NCBI GenBank assembly: GCA_043824495.1
Contig: JBDRSV010000011.1
Span: 1 to 14,336, forward strand
Source: Candidatus Aenigmatarchaeota archaeon
Lineage (GTDB): Archaea > Aenigmatarchaeota > Aenigmatarchaeia > QMZP01
Direction of reading: 5' to 3'
Length of the DNA stretch: 14,336 nucleotides
Shown here: in pieces, positions 7,285 to 14,336 of the stretch
How positions within the stretch are numbered: the stretch's first letter is position 1
How the letters are laid out: every line of letters begins with the position of its first letter
Notes under the pieces: model-generated
Told to the model about the DNA's origin: nothing
The model's input: the letters and a program-made list of their open reading frames with translations, nothing else
Database searches by the model: none
Program-made: the position numbers and the translations under genes

Positions 7285-8256
7285 ATGGAAATAAAAAATA
7301 AACAGATACCAGACTACAAGAAAGGAGATGCTGTTAACGATTTGTTTGCTGTAAGATTTAAGAAGCCGATAAGGCAGACCAAAAATGGAAAGTATTTCTT
7401 TGAAATAAAGTTTCAGGATGCAAAAGGCGAAACAATGTTCAAGTATTGGGGAAGAGATGATAGAGAAAAAATACAGGGTATCTACGATTCTATACATGCT
7501 GATGATGTTGTTAAAGTCATAAAGGGGGTGGTCGGAGAATTTAATAACACTATTGACATTTCTATTAATGAGGGTGAAGGTGAAATTAATGTCCTTCAGC
7601 CAGGAGAATATGATGTCAGAGGATTTGTTGACATCTCAAACAGAAATCCAGATGAAATGATGAGAGAGTTAAGAAGTATGTTTGACTCAATTTCAGATGT
7701 GGATTTGAAGGCAGTCGTGGAAGCGTTTTTTGAGGATAATGATTTTGTTGAAAAATTCAAAACATCACCAGCCGCAATGTATAAACACCACGGATGTGTT
7801 TCGGGATTACTTGAACATACACTTAACGTTGCTAACATATGCAACGATATATCAAAACATCATCCTAAATTGAACAAAAATCTGCTTTTGGTGGGTGCTT
7901 TTATACATGATATAGGAAAAATAGATGAATTTAATACCACAACACAAATCAAGGTTTCCGACAAAGGAAATTTATTAGGACACATATCATTGGGCATTCA
8001 GATGTTGACAAGAAAACTTGATTCGCTTGATATATCAGATTCAACAAAAGATAAGCTCCTTCATATGCTGGTGAGTCATCATGGTAAACTTGAATTCGGT
8101 TCACCAAAGATGCCTAGCTTCCCAGAAGCGTTGCTTCTTCATAAAGCGGATGAATTAGATGCATTTGTGACGCAAATGATAGAATATAAAGAAAATGCAA
8201 ACACTGAAGACAGTTTTGTATATTCGAAGGATTTTGGGAACATTTATCTCAAATGA
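7285..8256 (+). CDS. YhaM/Cbf1-like 3'-5' exonuclease (OB fold plus HD domain)
   Basis: N-terminal OB fold (KKPIRQTKNGKYF..KFQDAKG...KYW), then PAAMYKHH...GLLEHT, HDIGKIDE, GHISLG, SHHG..EFGSPKMP..PEALLLHKADELD. Confidence 0.9.
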   Translation: MEIKNKQIPDYKKGDAVNDLFAVRFKKPIRQTKNGKYFFEIKFQDAKGETMFKYWGRDDREKIQGIYDSIHADDVVKVIKGVVGEFNNTIDISINEGEGEINVLQPGEYDVRGFVDISNRNPDEMMRELRSMFDSISDVDLKAVVEAFFEDNDFVEKFKTSPAAMYKHHGCVSGLLEHTLNVANICNDISKHHPKLNKNLLLVGAFIHDIGKIDEFNTTTQIKVSDKGNLLGHISLGIQMLTRKLDSLDISDSTKDKLLHMLVSHHGKLEFGSPKMPSFPEALLLHKADELDAFVTQMIEYKENANTEDSFVYSKDFGNIYLK

Positions 8257-8264
8257 TTTGTGTT

Positions 8265-8445
8265 TCATTTTTGTGAGGATTGTAACATTCGCCATTTGTC
8301 ATACATTTCGTTTGTTTCTTTTTTTGAGACATATATTACAGGTTTTTTTATTGGTAAAAAATTGCTATTCTCTAATTCGTAAACCTTTTTACCTTTCTTT
8401 ATTGCATGATTAATTTCTAAGCCAACACCAGAAGTAATTTTTCAT
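8265..8445 (-). pseudogene. Truncated/frameshifted gene resembling the C-terminal half of nucleoside 2-deoxyribosyltransferase-like (NDT/DUF4406-like) proteins
   Basis: Open frame 8441..8265: KITSGVGLEINHAIKKGKKVYELENSNFLPIKKPVIYVSKKETNEMYDKWRMLQSSQK*. It contains G-V-x-x-E-I-x-x-A-x-x-x-G-K-x-V-Y. The ATG at 8445 is one base out of frame and has a TATA (AATGTTTATAT) about 25 nt upstream. Confidence 0.6.
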
Positions 8446-8535
8446 ATATTAATTTTAATAAAATTGAATATAAACATTCTTAACAGCCGAATTTTGAACA
8501 AAAACATTTTTATGGAGTATATTCAATTCTTCTTT

Positions 8536-9183
8536 ATGAAACCCATAGTACTTTCCCCATCAAGTATTAGGCTTTTCTTAGAGTGTCCTAGATGCTTCTA
8601 GTTGCATGTAAATAAGAAGGTAAGACGTCCTTCAGGTGCTTTCCCATCACTGCCTGCAGGAATGGACAAGATACTCAAGGAGCATTTTGATGATTACAGG
8701 AAGAGAGGAGTAATTCCAAAGGAGCTTGAAGGAAAATTCAATGGTAAATTGTATCCCGATCTGGAAAGTCTTGATGTATGGAGGAACAACCGAAAAGGAC
8801 TTAGGTTCACTGACGAGAAAAGCGGCATGATTCTTATGGGAGCACTGGACGATCTTTACGTCACAAAAAACGGGCTTTATGCTCCTTTAGACTTCAAAAC
8901 AAGAGGCTATCCTCTCAAGGATGATACCCATGAACACTATCAGCACCAGATGGACATATATTCATATCTTCTAGAAAAAAACAGCATGAAGCCTGCAGGT
9001 TATGCTATACTCATATTCTATCATCCTAAATGCGTTACTAGTAGCTGTAATGTAGAGTTCAATGCAGATCCTTTGAAGGTAAAGACCATTATAAAGAACG
9101 GTGAGAAGATATTTTTGGATGCTATACAGTGTCTTTCTGGGAAAGAGCCGAAGGGAAGTTGTATCTGGTGTAAGAATATTTAA
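8536..9183 (+). pseudogene. PD-(D/E)XK (Cas4-like) nuclease interrupted by an in-frame TAG at codon 22
   Basis: ATG 8536 MKPIVLSPSSIRLFLECPRCF*LHVNKKVRRPSGAFPSLPAGMD...; TAG at 8599-8601. Catalytic GALDDLY...LDFKTRG...QMDIY; C-terminal CIWC. The ORF track reports only the part after the stop. Confidence 0.8.
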
Positions 9184-9222
9184 TATGTAATTTCTGGATT
9201 AATGATATATTAACACGTGTCT

Positions 9223-9250
9223 GTCAACTACCACCGTTTGAAAACGGTGG
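9223..9250 (+). mobile_element. Orphan IS200/IS605-superfamily end-like hairpin (GTCAAC-TA-stem-loop)
   Basis: GTCAACTA-CCACCGTT-TGAA-AACGGTGG, a perfect 8-bp stem. It resembles the GTCAACTACCCC..TGAAG..GGGG termini of IscB/TnpB-type elements. No transposase in the window. Confidence 0.55.
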
Positions 9251-9288
9251 AATTCATTTATTTAAACCCAAACAACTCCATATAAGAT

Positions 9289-9699
9289 ATGAGTTCATTC
9301 GAAAGGTATCTAAATAGGGTAGTTTCTACTAATGGAAATGTCCCAGATGTAGAAGATTTTTTAGATCCTTTCTATGTAGCTAACTGGGAAGAATTTCACA
9401 TAGATGATTTACCAGTTAATTTGGATCTTGCAGCAGTTGGAAGATATATACAAAGATTTATGGGAAATGCCAAATATGATAGTCATTTACCCGCATTCAA
9501 TAATCTAGAAGACTCGTCATTAGCAATAGGATTTGCAGAAGGTCCACATGGCCCTTTCTGGATCAATGCAACACTACAACCAGAGTACAGTAAACATCCA
9601 GAACCCCTCGCAGTAACAGGAAACTACTTGCGAGTAACCGTCAACATTGAAATGCCTGAAGTAGAAGAACCTGAGCTAGATGTGGTAGAACAAACTTAA
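9289..9699 (+). CDS. Hypothetical acidic protein, 136 aa
   Basis: Clean ORF with a TTTAAA box about 25 nt upstream; 23 D/E vs 7 K/R; stop overlaps the convergent ATPase stop by 4 nt. Confidence 0.65.
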   Translation: MSSFERYLNRVVSTNGNVPDVEDFLDPFYVANWEEFHIDDLPVNLDLAAVGRYIQRFMGNAKYDSHLPAFNNLEDSSLAIGFAEGPHGPFWINATLQPEYSKHPEPLAVTGNYLRVTVNIEMPEVEEPELDVVEQT

Positions 9700-12344
9700 T
9701 TTCTATCAAATATCTTATACTTCAACCACATTATAGGCATAACTAAGAACGAAACAAATAATATTTCTCCCCACTGTATCAAGTCTAGACTAACTGTACC
9801 AAAGGCTACTTGTAATAGAGGAACATAAATTACCACTAGTTGTAATATTATGGAAGAGAGAATAGCTAGGAAAAGTCCCCTGTTTGTAAGGAACTTCGTG
9901 TTATAACTCATATGCATGGATAGAACACGGAACATCTGATACATCACAATGGTTGTGAATGCAACTGTTCTAGCAACTTCAGCTCCAGCTGGTATGTAAA
10001 TACTGAACAGATATAATGTTCCAATCATCATCACAACACCAACTATGATCATGTCTATCAAAGGACCCTTAGATATTATCTTTTCTTTCGAGTTTCTAGG
10101 AGGTCTATTCATAATATTCCTTGCGGGTGGATCTACACCTAGAGCTGTGGCTGGTAAACCGTCTGTAACCAGATTCATCCAAAGAATCTGCGTAGCTGTT
10201 AATGGAACTAATATTCTCTCAGGATGACTAGGATCCGAGAACCCAATAATCATAGCAACAGCTAGAACTAGAACTTCACCTAAATTACAAGAAAGAAGAT
10301 AGTAAATAAACTTCTTGATATTATCATATATTCTTCTTCCTTCTCTGATAGCTGATACTATTGTACTGAAATTATCATCTTTCAAAATCATGTCAGAAGC
10401 TTCTTTAGATACATCTGTACCTTTGATACCCATTGCTATTCCTATATCTGCACCTTTCAAAGCCGGAGCATCATTAACTCCATCTCCTGTCATTGCGACT
10501 ATGTGACCTTTCCTCTTAAGAGACTTGACTATTCTAATCTTTTGAATAGGATTGACACGAGCATAAACAGAGATCTTTTCTACAACTTTATCTAACTGCT
10601 CATCAGATAACTTCTCTAGCTCTACTCCTGTTAGATATTCATCTCCCTCTGAAAATATTCCAATTTCTCTTGCAACTGCAACAGCAGTATCTTTATGATC
10701 GCCTGTAATCATTACAGACCTTATTCCAGCAGCTTTGCATAATTTTACATCCTCTTTTACGCTATGCCTTGGAGGATCAATCATACCAACTAAACCAAGG
10801 AAAACAAGTTCTTTTTCTTTTTCCTTGATCGATTTTACCTGCTTGTAAGCTAATCCTAGAACACGCAAAGCCTGATTTGCTAACACTTGATTCTGTTCTA
10901 ATATTTCTTTTTTCTCTGTGGAAGTAAGACTCATCACTCTTCCATTCTTGTATATTTTATTACAAGCTGCTAAAACATTCTCAGGAGCTCCTTTTGTGTA
11001 CATGAACTTTCTAGTGCCTTCCTTATTCACTGTACTCATCATTTTTCTCTCAGAACTGAATGGAATCTCAGCCTCTCTTGGGAAGTTTTTTATCATCTTG
11101 TGTATATCAAAAGCTTTTGCAGCTGCAACAACTAATGCGCCTTCAGTAGGATCACCAATTATATTGTTATTATTTAATTCAGAATTATTGCAAAGTAAAC
11201 CAGTCTTGAGTAAAATAGACAAATTTTTATCTTTTTCAGGATCTATCTTCTTTCCATCTATAATGAAGTCGCCTTTAGGTTCATAACCCTCTCCTGTAAC
11301 TTCATATGTCTCCGAATTTGCATATATTCTAGTCACAGTCATTTCGTTTTTTGTCAGTGTTCCTGTCTTATCTGAACAAATAACTGTAGTAGAACCTAAG
11401 CTTTCTACAGAAGGTAATCTTCTTACTATAGCATTAGCTTTGGCCATCTTCTTGATACCAAATGTGAGCGTTATAGTCACAACAGCTGGCAATCCTTCTG
11501 GTATAGCTGCCACAGCTAGAGCTATTCCTGTAAGCACCATATCAAGGAATTCTCCTCCTCTGAAAATACCAGCAAACATTACTAGAAGAGAAATTATGAC
11601 TATCAAAGCTGTTAGATTCTTTCCAAATCTCTTCAAGCTTTTTTGTAGAGGAGTTGGCTCTTCTTCAGCTTCCTGTATAAGCTCTGCGATCTTACCCATT
11701 TCTGTGCTCATTCCAGTAGATACAACAATTCCATGACCTCTACCAGAAACAACGACAGTTCCCATGTATCCCATGTTTTTTCTATCAGCAAGAGGTACAT
11801 CTTTCAAAACATCAATAATTTTTGTTATTGTAGTGGATTCGCCTGTCAAAGAAGATTCATCTACATGCATCTCTGAGACTCCTAAAAGTCTCATGTCAGC
11901 AGGCATCTTAGTTCCTTCTTCTAATACAACAATATCTCCAGGTACAATGAATTTTGTTTCAATTTCTTGTTTTTTCCCATCCCTGATAACAATAGTCACA
12001 GGAGAAGCTAAACGTTTCAGAGCTTCCATTGCTTTCTCTGCATTATACTCTTCTCTGAAACCTATGATAGCGTTTATTATGACAATAGCAAAAATAACAG
12101 CGGCATCAACAATACTTTCAGCAACCAGCGAAACAATTGCAGCTATAATCAAGATGATTACTAAAGTATTTTTGAACTGGTTTAGAAAAATAGTCAACTT
12201 GCTTATTTTTTCCTTTTCTGTAAAGACGTTTAAACCATATTTTTTTAATCTAGCTTTAGCTTCTGATTCTGTTAAGCCATTTTCACTAGATTCCAATTTC
12301 TTGATAGTAGCAGATGAAGAAATATCATGCCAATTGTCTGCCAT
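9696..12344 (-). CDS. P-type IIA Ca2+-transporting ATPase
   Basis: TGES, IPEGL, CSDKTGTLT, KGAPE, MITGD, TGDGVNDAP; TM5 SCNLGE and TM6 WMNLVTDG Ca2+ ligands. Confidence 0.96.
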   Translation of the reverse strand: MADNWHDISSSATIKKLESSENGLTESEAKARLKKYGLNVFTEKEKISKLTIFLNQFKNTLVIILIIAAIVSLVAESIVDAAVIFAIVIINAIIGFREEYNAEKAMEALKRLASPVTIVIRDGKKQEIETKFIVPGDIVVLEEGTKMPADMRLLGVSEMHVDESSLTGESTTITKIIDVLKDVPLADRKNMGYMGTVVVSGRGHGIVVSTGMSTEMGKIAELIQEAEEEPTPLQKSLKRFGKNLTALIVIISLLVMFAGIFRGGEFLDMVLTGIALAVAAIPEGLPAVVTITLTFGIKKMAKANAIVRRLPSVESLGSTTVICSDKTGTLTKNEMTVTRIYANSETYEVTGEGYEPKGDFIIDGKKIDPEKDKNLSILLKTGLLCNNSELNNNNIIGDPTEGALVVAAAKAFDIHKMIKNFPREAEIPFSSERKMMSTVNKEGTRKFMYTKGAPENVLAACNKIYKNGRVMSLTSTEKKEILEQNQVLANQALRVLGLAYKQVKSIKEKEKELVFLGLVGMIDPPRHSVKEDVKLCKAAGIRSVMITGDHKDTAVAVAREIGIFSEGDEYLTGVELEKLSDEQLDKVVEKISVYARVNPIQKIRIVKSLKRKGHIVAMTGDGVNDAPALKGADIGIAMGIKGTDVSKEASDMILKDDNFSTIVSAIREGRRIYDNIKKFIYYLLSCNLGEVLVLAVAMIIGFSDPSHPERILVPLTATQILWMNLVTDGLPATALGVDPPARNIMNRPPRNSKEKIISKGPLIDMIIVGVVMMIGTLYLFSIYIPAGAEVARTVAFTTIVMYQMFRVLSMHMSYNTKFLTNRGLFLAILSSIILQLVVIYVPLLQVAFGTVSLDLIQWGEILFVSFLVMPIMWLKYKIFDRN

Positions 12345-12464
12345 ATTAATTTATTGTTAAACATTATATTAAATGAACAAAACCAGTTTGATGAGGATTA
12401 TTACAAATATAAGGGTGCTAAAACAAATTATAAACATTAAATAAATTGGTTCTAAAGGGATGTA

Positions 12465-13172
12465 ATGGACATGAGAGAAGAAGTCGAGAAATTTCTGCTT
12501 GAAAGATTGAAAGGTGAATATTACGAGAAATTCCAATACAGCTATGATTCTGGAAGAAAGATAAGACCTCTCATGATGCAGAAAATTTGTGAAAGATTTG
12601 GAAAAGATTTTGGAAACTTATCAACAGCAGCTGCTTGTGTTGAGATTGTTCATTGCGCATCTCTAATGCATGATGATATTATAGATCAAGATGATGAAAG
12701 AAGAGGGAAACCATCCTTCCACAAAAAATTTGGCCTGAGAGAAGGTGTTCTATATGGGGATTATTTTGCAACACTTTCATGGGAATTAGCATCAGAACAT
12801 TACCCAAAACCAATTCAATTAGCTTTCATAAGAACAATGAGAGAAGTTATAGAGGGTCAAATAATGGAAGTTAAGGGTGTTAACACAATAGAAGAGTATC
12901 TAGAATACATAAGAAAAAAAACTAGCTCTTTGTTCTATTTATCTGCAGCTATCCCAGCATTAATGTTTGACATAAAGAACAAGAACATCCAAATATTTGG
13001 AAGGGAATTTGGTATAGCTTTCCAAATAGCAAATGACTTGAAAAAGAAAGCAAAAGAACAATTCACAATTCTAAAATTCATGTCAAGAAAAGAAGCAGAG
13101 AAATTCCTCAGAGATAAAATCACTTACATAGACTCTCTTAACATTGTAAATACGAAAACCTTAGGTTTCTAA
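12465..13172 (+). CDS. Trans-polyprenyl diphosphate synthase family protein with a degenerate second Asp-rich motif
   Basis: SGRKIRP, ASLMHDDIIDQDDERRG (FARM), GQ and KT motifs; FQIANDLKKK where FQIxDDxxD is expected; only 235 aa. Confidence 0.85.
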   Translation: MDMREEVEKFLLERLKGEYYEKFQYSYDSGRKIRPLMMQKICERFGKDFGNLSTAAACVEIVHCASLMHDDIIDQDDERRGKPSFHKKFGLREGVLYGDYFATLSWELASEHYPKPIQLAFIRTMREVIEGQIMEVKGVNTIEEYLEYIRKKTSSLFYLSAAIPALMFDIKNKNIQIFGREFGIAFQIANDLKKKAKEQFTILKFMSRKEAEKFLRDKITYIDSLNIVNTKTLGF

Positions 13173-13224
13173 TTTTTGTAAAAAACTCTAAAAACAGCAT
13201 GCAGAAGCTCTAAAAAACGATAAC

Positions 13225-13283
13225 TTTAAATACTCCTTAAGTTCAAGTGTAAAAAACAAACGGTAAAACCGTTATGAGGTGAT
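13225..13283 (+). promoter_or_regulatory. TATA box and strong archaeal RBS for the small basic ORF
   Basis: TTTAAATA at 13225-13232; GAGGTGAT at 13276-13283, 3 nt before the ATG at 13287. Confidence 0.65.
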
Positions 13284-13286
13284 ACT

Positions 13287-13391
13287 ATGGTACTTAAAAA
13301 GAAAAAAAATACAGTAAAAAAAACAGTAAGCAAAAAGACAGCAAAGAGAAAAACTGTTAAAAAGAAAAGTACAAATAAAAAAAAGAGATAA
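13287..13391 (+). CDS. Unannotated 34-aa Lys-rich (histone H1-tail-like) protein
   Basis: MVLKKKKNTVKKTVSKKTAKRKTVKKKSTNKKKR*; 16 K plus 2 R and no acidic residue; flanked by its own TATA, RBS and downstream hairpin. Confidence 0.72.
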   Translation: MVLKKKKNTVKKTVSKKTAKRKTVKKKSTNKKKR

Positions 13392-13408
13392 TTTTTATTA
13401 ATTCTCTT

Positions 13409-13431
13409 CCGCCGTTTCTGACGGCGGTTTA
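13409..13431. terminator. GC-rich hairpin between convergent genes
   Basis: CCGCCGT-ttctg-ACGGCGG followed by tttaa. Confidence 0.5.
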
Positions 13432-13457
13432 ATTATAATTATGAATTTTGAATAAAA

Positions 13458-14273
13458 TCATGAAAAATCTATTCCAATTGCAGCAATGTCATCGTGCTGT
13501 TTAAATCTTGGATATTTCCAACATTTTGGATCTTTTGTTTCAAGTGAGCGAACATGTTTTAAAATTCCTTTCGGTCCAGATTCTTGATATAATCGAATAA
13601 ATAAATTCCAATTCTCCGTTTCATCGGGATTTTCTTTTGGGATGAGTAAGCCATCAGTAAAAATTATAATAGATTTGACATTATCAATACTAATTTTTCC
13701 AGTTTTTACAAATTTAATAGCCTTTTCTTCTCCATTTAAAACACCATAATTAACATTTACTCCTCTTCTGACTTTATCTGTTTGGGGTTTTATCTTATCC
13801 CATATATTTTCTGTCTGTTTATCAGCAAGCTCTTTCCACTTTCTCATTGTTTCTAAATCAATATCATTGTATGGGACCACTAACTTGCTGGTGTCGTCTT
13901 TAAAGACAGAAAGAATTAAGCAATCGGCAATAGTTAAAAATTCAATTCCACTGTTCAATAGCTTCACAGCGGCCATAGCAGTGTTCCATAAAGATTCTTT
14001 CTTAGTAACATCTATTCGATGCCTTTTCATTTCTTCCAAAAGAGCTGCGTTTGCATCAGATGCTATCTGTTTTAGTGACCCACCATTATTTGAGAAAACG
14101 TCTTTACATATTTCTGCAGCCAATTTTCCTCCACTTTTACCTTCACTATTTACAAATTTTACCAAACTTGTGGCACCATCAAAAACCGCAAATAAATTTT
14201 CTTTAATTAACAACTCGTCTTCGTTTTGATCTCCAGAACCTTTATCATGTATTTTTTGAATCGAAACTTTCAT
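13458..14273 (-). CDS. PP2C/PPM-family metal-dependent phosphatase (PP2C_2-like)
   Basis: NED, AVFDGAT, IADC, IIFTDG and HDDIAAI motifs. Start placed at ATG 14273 (TAAtATG junction), not 14309. Confidence 0.82.
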   Translation of the reverse strand: MKVSIQKIHDKGSGDQNEDELLIKENLFAVFDGATSLVKFVNSEGKSGGKLAAEICKDVFSNNGGSLKQIASDANAALLEEMKRHRIDVTKKESLWNTAMAAVKLLNSGIEFLTIADCLILSVFKDDTSKLVVPYNDIDLETMRKWKELADKQTENIWDKIKPQTDKVRRGVNVNYGVLNGEEKAIKFVKTGKISIDNVKSIIIFTDGLLIPKENPDETENWNLFIRLYQESGPKGILKHVRSLETKDPKCWKYPRFKQHDDIAAIGIDFS

Positions 14274-14274
14274 A

Positions 14275-14336
14275 TTATAAATTAGTTGAATCATTATTAA
14301 AATGTCCATTTAGTGGAACATGATAATCCGTTGTTA
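14275..14336 (-). CDS. Possible 3' end of an upstream gene (partial)
   Basis: Frame ...TTDYHVPLNGHFNNDSTNL* ends in TAA one base before the PP2C ATG. Confidence 0.4.
   Translation of the reverse strand, partial: TTDYHVPLNGHFNNDSTNL

Noticed and set aside
8195-8413. 72-aa plus-strand ORF
   Set aside because: It overlaps the YhaM-like 3' end and is the antisense shadow of the more protein-like minus-strand fragment.
13185-13219. Short direct repeat CTCTAAAAA(A)C, two copies upstream of the basic ORF promoter
   Set aside because: Too short and A-rich to distinguish from chance.
475-14229. ORF-track entries antisense to or overlapping well-supported genes (e.g. 475..723, 997..1209, 1713..1928, 1899..2096, 2511..2762, 3729..3959, 3981..4190, 5170..5439, 6351..6542, 6581..6793, 6620..6955, 7596..7844, 10045..12360 plus-strand set, 12935..13123, 13867..14229)
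   Set aside because: Shadow frames of genes with clear family motifs; no independent signals.
1-14336. Genome-wide TAG recoding
   Set aside because: TAG ends rpo7, the antiporter and GIDE1 at plausible C-termini; the one clear internal TAG is explained by TGG to TAG.
1-14336. CRISPR array or cas locus suggested by the Cas4-like nuclease and HD protein
   Set aside because: No regularly spaced repeats. The HD protein has the OB-HD YhaM layout, not Cas3, and no other cas genes are present.

Overview
AT-rich archaeal genomic window, probably DPANN (Aenigmarchaeota-like by my reading of eS31/eS24; taxonomy not verifiable here). It has TATA-box promoters, several apparently leaderless genes and GGTGA-type RBS. 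The left part is the archaeal rpo7-spt4-rps24e-rps27ae cluster, lacking DUF359 and split by about 3.5 kb of membrane-protein genes: a small 2-TM ORF, two tandem GIDE-like paralogs, LemA and a convergent presenilin-type GxGD protease. The middle holds a Ca2+/Na+ antiporter, a GC-richer foreign-looking islet, a YhaM-like OB-HD nuclease, and two divergent broken genes missed or truncated by the ORF track: an NDT-like fragment and a PD-(D/E)XK nuclease with an in-frame TAG. An IS200/IS605-type end hairpin and an acidic ORFan follow. The right part holds a P-type IIA Ca2+-ATPase, a polyprenyl synthase with a degenerate second Asp motif, an unannotated 34-aa Lys-rich protein and a PP2C-like phosphatase. 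I found no tRNA, rRNA, CRISPR array or intact transposase. All family assignments come from motif recognition, not database searches.
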